Positions 49,614 to 59,916 of a stretch of 64,000 nucleotides of DNA are shown piece by piece. The notes under the pieces are model-generated. The model saw only the letters and a list, made by a program, of their open reading frames with translations. It was not told the origin of the DNA and ran no database searches. The stretch covers positions 1-64,000 of IMG/VR virus record IMGVR_UViG_3300014203_000016, one strand, 5' to 3'. The translations under genes and the position numbers were made by a program. This DNA is from a virus (taxonomy: Duplodnaviria > Caudoviricetes). The stretch's first letter is position 1. Every line of letters starts with the position of its first letter.

Positions 49614-50267
49614 TTAGGGAACAGCAATAATGATAGGTTCGTCCGCTTGTTGTGAAGGCAATTTCCCTTCTAGTTCCAACAAGTTTTTTGCAACGTCCAA
49701 ATTAATGGTGACTTGTTGCATTTCCGATTGTTCCGTGCGGAAGAGTTCTTCCAGTTTCACAAGATAGAGGACGCCGCGCGACGATACTTTTTCTTCCGAA
49801 TTTTCTCGGTCATTGCGTTCGTATTCTTTTTGAAACCACATGTTCTGCAACCCACGGCCCATCAAGACGCCTTTGTATTTTTCCATGATTTGTCGGAAAC
49901 TTTTCGTCAGCCTGGAGGCTTCGAAATTGTTTTCGGCATAGATGGTGAATTCCACCATGCAATCCATGACGCGGCCTTTGATTTCGACCAAAACCTCTTC
50001 GCCTGTTAGCGAACTGATTTCAGTAAAGGATTCGCGGTGTCGCGGGGATATTTCCCGGACGTTCTTCCCGACCAAACCGGGTTCGGCTTGTTTCAGGGAA
50101 TAGACGATTTGTGGCATCGGGACATCCCGACCATTGCTGATTGTCGGCTTCATGATTGTGAAGACGCCCCACTCTTCTCCCCATAAGGTTGTCAGCAACA
50201 CATAGACATTGTCGATGAAGTCATCGAAGTCCATGGAGGCCGCGTATTTTAAGCGGTCAGATTCCAT
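49614..50267 (-). CDS. Tail terminator / completion protein (217 aa)
   Basis: Position before the sheath; PQIVYSL...VEFTIYA pattern. Confidence 0.55.
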   Translation of the reverse strand: MESDRLKYAASMDFDDFIDNVYVLLTTLWGEEWGVFTIMKPTISNGRDVPMPQIVYSLKQAEPGLVGKNVREISPRHRESFTEISSLTGEEVLVEIKGRVMDCMVEFTIYAENNFEASRLTKSFRQIMEKYKGVLMGRGLQNMWFQKEYERNDRENSEEKVSSRGVLYLVKLEELFRTEQSEMQQVTINLDVAKNLLELEGKLPSQQADEPIIIAVP

Positions 50268-51760
50268 AAATCAATTTCCCACCCTTCTGTTGAGACCTGA
50301 ATGTTGCTTTTGACTTCTTTTACTTCGTTGTAAAGAGCCAATCGCATTTGAATCAGTCCCCTGCTTTGCACCTGATGGTCTTCGGAGAGACCCACTTCAT
50401 AAGAAGCTATCGTTCCACTTGTTACATATTGAGATAAATACTCCTGCAACACTTTGACCACGGTCGATGATTGGAAGGAATTTTTAGTTCCGCCGATGTA
50501 CTTTTCAAGAATTTCTTTTACGTCGCAAGAGATAACCCCTACCAAGCGCTGATTGTTGAAATTCTCCAACAAAACACCGGTCTTTTCGGCGATATTCTGT
50601 ACATAGGCGCATACGAATTTTTTCCTGATGGATGGTACAATACATATATAACCATTAGCTTGCAGATTCGCAATAAGGGATTTGGAAAGTGTCACATTTA
50701 ATTGACTAAAATAAAGCAAGCTTTTGTTCGACAGGCTGGTGGAAAAAGCGGACTGCATCGAAAGCAACAGATAGTGTAAGCTTCCCGCCCGGATGCTTCC
50801 GTCCGACACGCGTTCTTCTCCGACAACAGCATGCAGATGTTGCATATGCAACGCACTGCGTTCCTCTGTTGAGTAAAGAGCATTCAGTTTGTAGGCGAAC
50901 ACATCTTGTTCCGTTTCCGGGATGAGCGATGTTCGAAAAACAGCCGTGCAAACGATGTCTTGTTCCGCTGTTTTTTGGGCAGCGATACGGGCGGCCATTT
51001 CGGCTATTTTCGGCGCATTATCGATTTGTATGTCTGTGAAGTAGAAAGTTTCTGCCGGCAAGGACATCAAACGTGTACTGCATTCCCCTTCGTAACCAGG
51101 GCCCAATACCCAATTGTAGAAATAGGGCCAATATTGGGCCAGATAACTTTCGGAAGGACGGCTCTCTTTGACGCAAAGCGTGGCATCAGAAGTTCCTTTG
51201 GAAAAGAAATATTCCCCAGGGACATTGAAATGTTCCGCTGTTGCCCCTGTGCGGGTTTCTTTACAGAACACATCTACCAATCCGAAAGAGGCGTCGCTGT
51301 TCACAGCAGAGGCTAAATCGGACAAATACGGGTACTCCGTGAAGAGATAGGTCCGTTTGAAATTCGGGTGCAATTGCGCATCCAAGGTCGTCTTGTGTTC
51401 ATAGAAGGATGTAATGGACAAGCCTTCTTCCGACACGGTCAGGCGGATATCGTTGTCCCGTTCATGCGCACCGACCGATACGAATTGGAAATAGACTTCG
51501 TTGTCGTTCGCAAGCGACAGTCGGCTCGGTTGACCGTTCAGGCGATAGAGCAGAATGTCTTCTGCCGGGATGCCGGAAGCAATCAGGAACTGATAACTGC
51601 GGCTAATTTCGTTGTCCCCTAATAGATAGAGGGCGTTTTTGCCGGAAGAAAGCGTGAAGCCTTGTCCGACCGGGCCGTCTTCCATCATGCCGATGAGGAC
51701 GGTTTTGCCTTTTGGACTTCCGTTTGCTTCTGTGTAATAAGAAAAATCGGTTGTCTTCAC
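50249..51760 (-). CDS. Divergent sheath-like paralogue (503 aa)
   Basis: N-terminal TVLIGMMEDGP...ILLYRLNG and C-terminal QRLVGVISCDVKEILEKYIG...GTIASYEV align by eye with the sheath. Confidence 0.6.
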   Translation of the reverse strand: MKTTDFSYYTEANGSPKGKTVLIGMMEDGPVGQGFTLSSGKNALYLLGDNEISRSYQFLIASGIPAEDILLYRLNGQPSRLSLANDNEVYFQFVSVGAHERDNDIRLTVSEEGLSITSFYEHKTTLDAQLHPNFKRTYLFTEYPYLSDLASAVNSDASFGLVDVFCKETRTGATAEHFNVPGEYFFSKGTSDATLCVKESRPSESYLAQYWPYFYNWVLGPGYEGECSTRLMSLPAETFYFTDIQIDNAPKIAEMAARIAAQKTAEQDIVCTAVFRTSLIPETEQDVFAYKLNALYSTEERSALHMQHLHAVVGEERVSDGSIRAGSLHYLLLSMQSAFSTSLSNKSLLYFSQLNVTLSKSLIANLQANGYICIVPSIRKKFVCAYVQNIAEKTGVLLENFNNQRLVGVISCDVKEILEKYIGGTKNSFQSSTVVKVLQEYLSQYVTSGTIASYEVGLSEDHQVQSRGLIQMRLALYNEVKEVKSNIQVSTEGWEIDLWNLTA

Positions 51761-51763
51761 GCG

Positions 51764-52291
51764 TTATTCCCCCAATCCGGCTATTTGATACAGGACTTGG
51801 CCTGCTTGTTGCACGATTTTGAACCCGCGAATCGTTTTTTTGATGGGCTGGTCTTTGACGTAGACTTTTTGGAAAGTGATTTCGCCATTCAGATAGCGTT
51901 GCGGGTCGATGTGGCTGACTTCGTAGATACCCCCGCCCCGGTATACGGGAACTTGTCCGTTCCATTCGACATCGATAATCAAATCGTATTCTTTGACGAC
52001 GACATCTTTTTTGAAGTAATAGCCACGGGTCGCCACTGCCATATCTCCAAACAATTGCTGGCTGGCGATATAGGGCAAGCTTTCCGGAACACGCATATCG
52101 ATGTCGCGGGTGAGGTGTTTCTGTATGATGGGCACATGGCCCATCCCGAAACAATACGGACAATCTTTGTCCGCCGAAGCGGTTCTCCTGTCATAGCAGG
52201 TGCAAACGGTTTTCTTGTCGCTATGCAGCAACAGCACCGAATGCCCATAGGTTTTGAGGATGTTGTTGAATTCCTGTTCTAGATGATTCAT
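51764..52291 (-). CDS. Head-tail adaptor / neck protein with a Cys cluster (175 aa)
   Basis: CTC...CPYCFGMG motif; position after the head genes. Confidence 0.65.
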   Translation of the reverse strand: MNHLEQEFNNILKTYGHSVLLLHSDKKTVCTCYDRRTASADKDCPYCFGMGHVPIIQKHLTRDIDMRVPESLPYIASQQLFGDMAVATRGYYFKKDVVVKEYDLIIDVEWNGQVPVYRGGGIYEVSHIDPQRYLNGEITFQKVYVKDQPIKKTIRGFKIVQQAGQVLYQIAGLGE

Positions 52292-52294
52292 CCA

Positions 52295-53563
52295 TTAACC
52301 CCCTAGTTCTGCGTAGCTCGAACGGCTCAAGAAGCCAGGGTACGGGGCAATCGTTTCGCCTTTCGTGGCTGTTCCCAAACGTGATGACAACACGGGGCGA
52401 TACATGCCGTCATCGACGGCAACATCTTCTCCGCCTGTCAACACATCCCACCATTTGTCCATTTCCTTTTGGAACAAGCCCATCAGGTCGGTGATTTCGG
52501 CGGATACGCTACTGGAATCAGACACTCGCAGGTCTCCCAATTGGATGCTTTTGTGCATGCCGGAAGAACTTTCGATGACTTGGCCCAACATAGATTGGTA
52601 AGCGGTGCGATACAGGACATATTGGGAAGCGGCATAAGGGGCTGTGTCTTCCCATAAAGTCGGGTCGAAGTCTGTCAGCATGGAGACCAGTTGATACGTC
52701 CCCAACGATTGTTGATGTATCATCGTGGCGATTTCCGCATCCGTATAAGCTTCCCGGAACAATCCCAAAGTCAGCTTGACCGAATCCACACTTGTATAAA
52801 AGAGTTCCCATTGGGTTTGGAAGGGAATCGTTTGGTCTGCACCCAGAGTCAAGGTCGGGTCGGTTGCGGAAGCAATGCCGGCCTTCAGAATCAATTCGTA
52901 AGCAACGCCTGGCGCTAGCTCTGACGCTGGCACGAAGATAATCGTTTGGCCATTGGATGCTTCGGAATCGATAGTCAAAGGGATACGCGTGCTTTCCTTT
53001 AGCCGTCTAAGTAGAGGGCTAATTGCTTGTTCCTGCAAAAAGACTTGCGTTGCCAACGTTTCCGTATTGATTTCCGTACTGAAGGTTACGACAAGGTCTT
53101 CCAGGTCGTCGACCAAATCTCCTGATTCGGGGTAAGAAGCCCATACCGACACATTGCCGAAGAAGTTGTCTGTGACAGGCACAATGACATCCGGAGTGGT
53201 ATCCGGCGGAGCCCCTTCCCCAACCGGCGCCACCGTTGTTGTGTAATAAAAAATATATTCCCTGGAAGACACATCCCCGAATACGGTGACTGGGCCTTCT
53301 GCAAGACTTAGTACTTTAACGGCATACGTCGTGCTTGCATTCAGAAGGGAAGTCGGTTGAATGGTCAAATCCTTTGTGATGGCTTGGTAAGTATACGTTG
53401 CCGGCACCACAACGCCACCACTGGTCACAAGAATCGTGTTGGCGTTTAAAGTAGCCGGGTTCATATTCTCATTGAAACGAATAACAATGGCTGTATCCAG
53501 AAGAACTTCCGTTTGATTGTGAGCAGGATTGATACTATAGATAAGATTAGTTACACTTGCCAT
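52295..53563 (-). CDS. Head completion protein with two Ig-like (Big_5-type) domains (422 aa)
   Basis: INPAHNQTEVLLDTAIVIRFNENMNPATL...QPTSLLNASTTYAV, a second repeat YPESGD...LVVTFSTEI...LAPGVAYEL, and a connector-like C-terminus. Confidence 0.7.
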   Translation of the reverse strand: MASVTNLIYSINPAHNQTEVLLDTAIVIRFNENMNPATLNANTILVTSGGVVVPATYTYQAITKDLTIQPTSLLNASTTYAVKVLSLAEGPVTVFGDVSSREYIFYYTTTVAPVGEGAPPDTTPDVIVPVTDNFFGNVSVWASYPESGDLVDDLEDLVVTFSTEINTETLATQVFLQEQAISPLLRRLKESTRIPLTIDSEASNGQTIIFVPASELAPGVAYELILKAGIASATDPTLTLGADQTIPFQTQWELFYTSVDSVKLTLGLFREAYTDAEIATMIHQQSLGTYQLVSMLTDFDPTLWEDTAPYAASQYVLYRTAYQSMLGQVIESSSGMHKSIQLGDLRVSDSSSVSAEITDLMGLFQKEMDKWWDVLTGGEDVAVDDGMYRPVLSSRLGTATKGETIAPYPGFLSRSSYAELGG

Positions 53564-53588
53564 TTCCTAGCTCCTTTCTCACATGCGA

Positions 53589-54116
53589 TTATTCTCCCAG
53601 AATGGCTTTTTTCAAATTCGCTTTCGTGTCTTTTTCTGGCATTGCAATGCCCTTCGCTTCCACAATTGATTTCAAGATATCGACAGTCAAAGATGTTGCT
53701 TTTAATTCCTCAGCTGTAAAGGTATGAATGGCAAGGATTGCTTCCAAGGCATTTTCTGCTTTCGCTTTGCCTTCTTTGGCAACTTTCGCTTCTGTGGTAG
53801 CTTTCTCAGCTTCACCGTTATCTGCTACTGGTTTGTCTTCTTTTAATTTCTTAATCAGTTCTTTGAATTGCTCAGTAGTCAATTCTTCCGGATTGGTATT
53901 CTCAATCGGCAAGGCTTTCACGCCGTCGAAATTTCCTTCGAGCAAATAAAGTTTGCCTAAGCGAACAGAATTTTGAATTCCGCGCAAATCTTTTTTCTTG
54001 GAGATGCGGATTCCAGTGATGCTAGTTGCGGGTAAAAATTGTTTGCCGGTACCGGCATCGGTCCAGCCCAAGCCATTGTAAAAAGGCGATACTGCTACGA
54101 CTACGTATTCTTCCAT
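53589..54116 (-). CDS. Capsid-adjacent protein with a C-terminal HeH/Rho-N-like motif (175 aa)
   Basis: LTVDILKSIVEAKGI...KANLKKAIL; follows the MCP. Confidence 0.6.
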   Translation of the reverse strand: MEEYVVVAVSPFYNGLGWTDAGTGKQFLPATSITGIRISKKKDLRGIQNSVRLGKLYLLEGNFDGVKALPIENTNPEELTTEQFKELIKKLKEDKPVADNGEAEKATTEAKVAKEGKAKAENALEAILAIHTFTAEELKATSLTVDILKSIVEAKGIAMPEKDTKANLKKAILGE

Positions 54117-54138
54117 GTGTTGAATTCCTCCTTATGAT

Positions 54139-54171
54139 AAAAAAATAGGGACCCTATTATAGGGCCCCTAT
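54139..54171 (-). terminator. Intrinsic terminator after the major capsid gene
   Basis: TAGGGGCCCTAT-A-ATAGGGTCCCTA followed by TTTTTTT. Confidence 0.85.
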
Positions 54172-54204
54172 AGGGTTAGGCGATGTACGAACTAAGTTCT
54201 AGAA

Positions 54205-55317
54205 CTAAATTACGTCGTGAGCCTTAGCCGCTCCACCAGAATAATCGGTAGGAAGAGCCATGTCAGCGAATTTACGTTCAGGAGCTTCGTAAGTCTTAGC
54301 GAATTTGATGTTTTTAGCCACTGCGATTCCTAAACCTCCGTTCAAGATACCAACGCCATAACGTTCTTTCAGCTTCAAGCTTTGGATGTCACGGGTTGGG
54401 TCGTCGAATTGTTCAGTAGAGATATCGTCTTTAACAAGCAATACCCCAACGTTGTTACGGTCTACCAAGTAGAAGTCAAATGTTGGTTCGCCTTCTTGTG
54501 TGAACGGTACGAACGGGCTGAACTGAACAGTCAAACCTAAGCTATTGGTTGTAGCAAAAGCTTTAGGGTCATGACCAGCAGAAGCTTGTCCGAAAGCCGG
54601 CTTGCTAGCTGCTTCCAAGAATTGGTTCTTGGCGAACAATGACCAGCAAAGCGGGTGCATGATGATGTCAGTTGGAGAGAAACCAGCTGCCATGATAGAT
54701 ACAGACATATCTAGCAAGTCATCAGCAGTCAATGTGCCGTTGTAGTTGCCGTCGAAGCCACGTCCAGTTGGGTAACCGTCGTCGCCAGGTGCGAACAAAG
54801 CGCCATCGAAAACGATGTGTCCATGACGAGAGAACTCGCGGAACATGTTTTCTTCTTTCAAACGAGCCAATGCGCGACCAGCCGCTTGCAAGTGTAAACC
54901 AATAACATCCCATTGAGAGTCAGAAATCATTTCGTCTGTGATTGACACTTTAAGACCGTATTTGCGGACTTTCACGTCAACCGTTCCGATTCCATCTTTG
55001 GTGAAGTTCAGGTTTTGTTCTGGGTACTCTTGGCCTTCGCCGACTTCGAATGCGCGGATAGCGCCGAAGTGGATGAATTCCATTGAGCGACCTTCAGACA
55101 AGTTGATACGTTTGAAGAATTGGGAAGCCAGATACTGACCTTCTGCTGCTTCTGTTACGACTTGCTGGATAACTTTGGGCATCAAGATGTTTGCGTCCGC
55201 AGTTGTTAACGCTTCTTTAACAGAGATATTCTTTTTCGCTTCTTCCACGTTCATTTTGCCGTTGAAAGAATCAGAATAGTTGTTTAATTTTTCTTCTAAT
55301 GAAAATTCTTTGTCCAT
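54205..55317 (-). CDS. Major capsid protein (HK97-like, 370 aa)
   Basis: ANILMPKVIQQVV...AFEVGEGQEYPE...VKVRKYGLKVSITDEMISDSQWDVI...AGRALARLKE; high-expression codon style. Confidence 0.92.
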   Translation of the reverse strand: MDKEFSLEEKLNNYSDSFNGKMNVEEAKKNISVKEALTTADANILMPKVIQQVVTEAAEGQYLASQFFKRINLSEGRSMEFIHFGAIRAFEVGEGQEYPEQNLNFTKDGIGTVDVKVRKYGLKVSITDEMISDSQWDVIGLHLQAAGRALARLKEENMFREFSRHGHIVFDGALFAPGDDGYPTGRGFDGNYNGTLTADDLLDMSVSIMAAGFSPTDIIMHPLCWSLFAKNQFLEAASKPAFGQASAGHDPKAFATTNSLGLTVQFSPFVPFTQEGEPTFDFYLVDRNNVGVLLVKDDISTEQFDDPTRDIQSLKLKERYGVGILNGGLGIAVAKNIKFAKTYEAPERKFADMALPTDYSGGAAKAHDVI

Positions 55318-55380
55318 TTATCTTTTTCCTCCTAAAGTTAACTGATTTTGAGAGGGACAAACCCCCTCCCAGGGGTTTGA

Positions 55381-56613
55381 TTATCTCAGTAAAAGAATGC
55401 GAGCAGCTCCGACAGAGCCTTTGTAGTCCCATTCAGTCGGGATGCCTGCAGTTGGGTTAACAACAGAAGCAACAGAAATTTCTACGTTGTTCATGACAGC
55501 ACCAGTGCCAGCATAGATAACAACAGTGTTGTTTGTTACGTCAACGTGAACGTCGCGTACGGGTACTTGGTAACGGATTTTGTCAGTCAAGTCGCCAGTA
55601 GTTGTGGTGTCCAATTCGCCTTTGTCGTAAGTAACCTTGATTTGGTCAAATGCGCGTGGGTCGATTTTGTGTTTCAGTTTAACGATGACCATTGCATCCA
55701 AGACAGTGCCGTTTACAACAGCGTTGTCGCCGGTGATTGTTACGCCTTCGCCTGCACGAACGTTCTCTACAGTAGTAGTATCCGTGAAGGTTGCATCTAC
55801 TGTTTGACGAGCAGAGAAGTAACCATCAGTCAAGAATGGAATACCTGTATTTTGGTTCAAGCCCAAAGATTTCAGGAATTCAGGTCTCCAAGAACCAACA
55901 GTGTAAGGAGAACCATAAGGATAGCCAGCATCGCCTGCTACAGGAGTAGTCGAAAGCTGTTTCATGTATTCTTCAAGAGCAGTGCTCTTCAATCCGGTGT
56001 AATATTGTAGCAAGCCAGATGGCGGCAATTCACGGTTAACGTTCAATACTTGACCGATAACTTGTGTGAAATCGTGTGTGCCTTTTACGTATTGCTTGAA
56101 GTTACCGTCGATACCGGCAACCACGAAGTCACCAGAACGCAATTGGTCTTTCAAGCCATAAGCTGCTCCGAAGTGCATTGCTTTAGCAGTGTCTGATGCA
56201 GTACCGATAGTGTCTACGTGTTCGAACAATGGAACTTCGATGTAGTTACGAGTCAGAACGGTTGGACGGTTACCTTCCATAGCATCACGACGTTGGTCGT
56301 AGACGTTGTGTTGGTTAACACCGATAGCGCGTTCAGAGTTTTCAGCTGCAATTTTAATAGCGGTAGATTTGTGTCCGAATTCACGGTCCATTTCTTCCCC
56401 TACAGCTTCAACGATTTTACCTTTAGCAATCAAAACGGTTTGGTTGCCTTCTGGGCCGTATTCATAAATGAAGTTGCGTGAGTTGTCATGCGTATTTGAA
56501 ACGATGAATCGCTCTGCTGGTGCAGCGCCCTCTGAAACAACAAGGTTAGTGTGGGTTTTGCCTACAACACCTTTGTATAATTCTGGAGCATGTGGATTTC
56601 CGAATAATGCCAT
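55381..56613 (-). CDS. Capsid decoration / cement protein (410 aa)
   Basis: Lies between protease and MCP; strong SD; codon style like the MCP. Confidence 0.6.
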   Translation of the reverse strand: MALFGNPHAPELYKGVVGKTHTNLVVSEGAAPAERFIVSNTHDNSRNFIYEYGPEGNQTVLIAKGKIVEAVGEEMDREFGHKSTAIKIAAENSERAIGVNQHNVYDQRRDAMEGNRPTVLTRNYIEVPLFEHVDTIGTASDTAKAMHFGAAYGLKDQLRSGDFVVAGIDGNFKQYVKGTHDFTQVIGQVLNVNRELPPSGLLQYYTGLKSTALEEYMKQLSTTPVAGDAGYPYGSPYTVGSWRPEFLKSLGLNQNTGIPFLTDGYFSARQTVDATFTDTTTVENVRAGEGVTITGDNAVVNGTVLDAMVIVKLKHKIDPRAFDQIKVTYDKGELDTTTTGDLTDKIRYQVPVRDVHVDVTNNTVVIYAGTGAVMNNVEISVASVVNPTAGIPTEWDYKGSVGAARILLLR

Positions 56614-56647
56614 TGTTAAATTTCCTCCTTGTTTTTGCTTATATTAG

Positions 56648-58039
56648 TTATTTCTTTTGGCTAACTAGTTTGGATAGCATAGAAACTTTTTCAGTTTGGC
56701 TAAGCTCTTTTTTCTCTACAGATTCGTTTGTTGCTAAAGGCGATTTAACCTTTGTTACTTGGCGTCCGGCAGGTGCTTCTACTTCTTTAGGAGTAATGTT
56801 CAGCATGCCTTCTTCTAAGTCTTCCAAACGGTCGCGTAAAGATTCGATTGTTCGGCCACTCAACTTTTCAACGAAAGCCTGTTTCTTGTCTTCTGCGATA
56901 GCCGACCTCTCAGCAATACGTTCAACATAAAGAGTTTTTAATTCTTTTGTCAAACCTTCAACTTGCGCTTGCAGACCCAAACTGGTTGATTTCAATTGAA
57001 CGTTCTCAGTTTTCAAAGCGACTAATTCAGCGCCTTCTTCTGGAACGGGTTGAATTTCCGGTTCTTCTGTTGGAACTTCTGTTTCTACAGGAGTTTCTGT
57101 TTCAGAAGATGGGTCAGAATCGTCAGCAGGCGCTTCGATTGGAGCAACTGGTTCAACAGCTGGTTCTTCAACCGTTACTTCTGGTTCTACAACTGGTGTT
57201 TCCACTGTTGTTTCTGGTTGTAATTCATTGTCCATTTCTTCGTTTTCCTCCTGTTTGCTTATTTCTGCTTCTATTGTCTTAGTAACCTTAGACTCAACAA
57301 CGATTAATCGGGTGGACTTTGGTACACCGAAATATTCGTGTAGAGCAGAAGGGGCAGATTCTTGGGTAAGGGGTTTTTCTTCGTCGCTTTCGCGTGGCAC
57401 ATCCATATAGATGGACGATTGTGTATCTACCACCATGGCTTCGGCATCGGCGGGTACGTTCACCCAGCTCAGTTCGTCGAACCAAAGGTTTCCGGTAATC
57501 CATTCCGCTACGCGACCTTCATACTCTTCACCTTTCATGTGTCCGCAATAACCTTCATTGACAATATCCGTTCCACAGATGGAGCAGATAGCCGCATCGC
57601 TGGTAGCGCCGATGGAAACCGTCAATAAACGGCCGTCCTTCAATGCTTGAATCGCGTTGCTTTCGGTTATTTTTGGAATTACAATCAATCCAGGTCTGCC
57701 GGCGCGGGTATATTCGGCATAGGCTGCTGAGTACACACGTCCCGTGGCTTCTGTGTTCGTGTCATGATTGTAGATGACCGGTTTCGCGTAAGGTTGTAGC
57801 CAAGAATAAACACCACTATGGATAGATGCATCTCCGCGCAACTTATCCGCAGGGTAATGGTTGTAGTTGCGTGTCCGTCCTGCATGAATTGCTTCAATGC
57901 GTGGCATCAGAAATTCACTTTGTTCGGCGTATTCCTTTAATGCCGTAGAGGGATTTCCCACTTTCGACATTTGGATATTGACCGTTTCCATTAATTTCGC
58001 CGGATTCGCTTCTAACTTCCCATATTTTAGAACATTCAT
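56648..58039 (-). CDS. Prohead protease with a C-terminal scaffold region (463 aa)
   Basis: Start ATG 58039 overlaps the portal stop. PVIYNHD, VSIG..CSICG..CGH, ELSWVNVPAD; Pro/Glu-rich linker and coiled-coil tail. Confidence 0.88.
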   Translation of the reverse strand: MNVLKYGKLEANPAKLMETVNIQMSKVGNPSTALKEYAEQSEFLMPRIEAIHAGRTRNYNHYPADKLRGDASIHSGVYSWLQPYAKPVIYNHDTNTEATGRVYSAAYAEYTRAGRPGLIVIPKITESNAIQALKDGRLLTVSIGATSDAAICSICGTDIVNEGYCGHMKGEEYEGRVAEWITGNLWFDELSWVNVPADAEAMVVDTQSSIYMDVPRESDEEKPLTQESAPSALHEYFGVPKSTRLIVVESKVTKTIEAEISKQEENEEMDNELQPETTVETPVVEPEVTVEEPAVEPVAPIEAPADDSDPSSETETPVETEVPTEEPEIQPVPEEGAELVALKTENVQLKSTSLGLQAQVEGLTKELKTLYVERIAERSAIAEDKKQAFVEKLSGRTIESLRDRLEDLEEGMLNITPKEVEAPAGRQVTKVKSPLATNESVEKKELSQTEKVSMLSKLVSQKK

Positions 58040-59892
58040 TCTAAGCCTCCTTCTTCTTCTGTTGAGAGGAATTCTCTGTAACAAGCAAGAACTGATTCTT
58101 CGTATCGATAGAAACGAGAAGCTAATTTTTCACTTGTCTGTTCTTCTTTCGAAAGAGTATTCATCGTGAAAATAATGTTGTTCGTTAAAATCGATACAAA
58201 ATCTTTTTTCTCTTTTTTAGAAGAAAACAGGTCGTCGCTCAAAATAGTTTCAACGATAGACCCAAGTGAACTTGGATTTTGCAAAGATTCTGGAAGATTA
58301 TGTAATGATTTTTCCTTTATGAAGCCCCAATTACTCATCAGGATTGCTTCTTTGGATATCTTTTTCACATTATCTGTAGTTAAGTTAACCCTTTGCCTAG
58401 TGGCCGTCAATAAGCTTTCTTCATTTTCTTTTAAAATTTCTCCATTAAAAGCATCTTTTATCGAATCTTTGCTTGGAGAGGACTTCGTACCGGACTGATT
58501 TGTCGGCATATCTTTGTTTGCGACGGTTCCGGCTGGGTCGATGGCTGTTGCCATTGCAGTTGCGATAGCCGAATCCGCCATTAAGGTGAAGTAGAAACGA
58601 GACAAATCTTCCTTCGGTTCGAGGTTCATGTTTTTGCGCGTTTCGTCGATGTCCTGTACGTTGCTCAAGTACTTCTGGATTTCATGGTTCTCGCGGGCAA
58701 TCTTGGCAGACTGTTCGATTTCTGTGAATTGGAAGGTCACGCGGTCTTCTGCGTTCAAGGTGGGGTCGAACCCGCCTTCGAACAAAATTTCGTTGATAAG
58801 ATTCTGTTGGATTTCCGCAGTGAAGTTTTGTTGGAAGTCTTTGACCAAATCAATCAAGTCGGAAGACTGATTATCGGAAGTCGATTTGTTTGAGGAGTCG
58901 CCGATACCCATGGTGGATTCGGATACGCCCAAACCAGTAAAGACCCGCTGACGGAAGTATTTCAAATAGTTGTAGGCATCTAATGAACCATTGCTGGAAG
59001 AAACCGTTTCAAGCTTGTGCCGTTCCGGGATAACAATGATGCTGTCTAGAGGAGCGTCACGAATCATTTCCGTAACCGTATCGATTTCTTCATCGGTTGC
59101 TTCGTACCCGGGCTCTACGCGTCCGACCGTGTAGGTCTGCAACGGGAAGATATTCCGGTAAACCAAGCGGGCGATGTTTTCTTCTATCTGACGGAGAATC
59201 AATACGTCATCAATGACATTGTTGATATGTGGCACACCATAAGGCCGTCCGGTTGGACGATGGTATGTCATCAAAGCGAAGTCTTCCGGCGGGAATTCCA
59301 AACCGGAACCCGTGCCACCAGTTACGCTGTAGCCGTCGATGTTACCAAATTCATCCCGTTTGACTTGGAAGTTTTCCGGAGAGACCGGGAATAATCCACT
59401 GATGGGTTCGCCTCCATAGTAGCCGGCCGCTTGCAGTCCACCTAAGTTTTCCTGCCCGCGTGTTTTAACCATTGGGGCATTTGCGTAAAGGATGTAGTTC
59501 ACACCCAGTTCTCGCAACAGTTCTTCGGTAGAGATTTCGGTCGATTCCTCTATCAGTTTGAATCGGGTTTGGACATATTCCAAGGCATCCTGATTCAGAC
59601 TGACGAAATTCCAACCGGATTTGAACATCAAGCCGGTGATTTTATCTACCGACCTTCTAATGTAGGAATCGCTGTGGTACGCTTTTCCGATTTCGGCCAT
59701 GTCCACTGGTGAATCTTCGAACTGACCGGCGGCACCCGTACCGATTCTCGGAGTGACGATGCGCACACGTGTTGATTTCGGGTCTCTCGTTGCGGAACTG
59801 CCCGCCCCTGCTTCATGGAGGGAACGACGTTTTTCATCAATAGAGAAAGTCTTCATGCTTTTTCTTGTCCCGAAAAGGTCCCTGATTTTCAT
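58036..59892 (-). CDS. Portal protein (618 aa)
   Basis: Position between terminase and protease; GLFPVSPENFQVKRDEFG, PYGVPHI, GLGVSESTMG. Confidence 0.88.
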   Translation of the reverse strand: MKIRDLFGTRKSMKTFSIDEKRRSLHEAGAGSSATRDPKSTRVRIVTPRIGTGAAGQFEDSPVDMAEIGKAYHSDSYIRRSVDKITGLMFKSGWNFVSLNQDALEYVQTRFKLIEESTEISTEELLRELGVNYILYANAPMVKTRGQENLGGLQAAGYYGGEPISGLFPVSPENFQVKRDEFGNIDGYSVTGGTGSGLEFPPEDFALMTYHRPTGRPYGVPHINNVIDDVLILRQIEENIARLVYRNIFPLQTYTVGRVEPGYEATDEEIDTVTEMIRDAPLDSIIVIPERHKLETVSSSNGSLDAYNYLKYFRQRVFTGLGVSESTMGIGDSSNKSTSDNQSSDLIDLVKDFQQNFTAEIQQNLINEILFEGGFDPTLNAEDRVTFQFTEIEQSAKIARENHEIQKYLSNVQDIDETRKNMNLEPKEDLSRFYFTLMADSAIATAMATAIDPAGTVANKDMPTNQSGTKSSPSKDSIKDAFNGEILKENEESLLTATRQRVNLTTDNVKKISKEAILMSNWGFIKEKSLHNLPESLQNPSSLGSIVETILSDDLFSSKKEKKDFVSILTNNIIFTMNTLSKEEQTSEKLASRFYRYEESVLACYREFLSTEEEGGLE

Positions 59893-59916
59893 AATTCACA
59901 CCCATTCTGTTCTGTG

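Noticed and set aside
47316-56613. AT-richer composition of sheath, tube, capsid and decoration genes as horizontal transfer
   Set aside because: It is better explained by high-expression codon bias (GCT, GTT, AAC) in the most abundant virion proteins.
57030-57230. Pro/Glu/Val/Thr-rich quasi-repeats as a DNA repeat array
   Set aside because: This is a low-complexity linker of the protease-scaffold protein, with no constant repeat-spacer structure.
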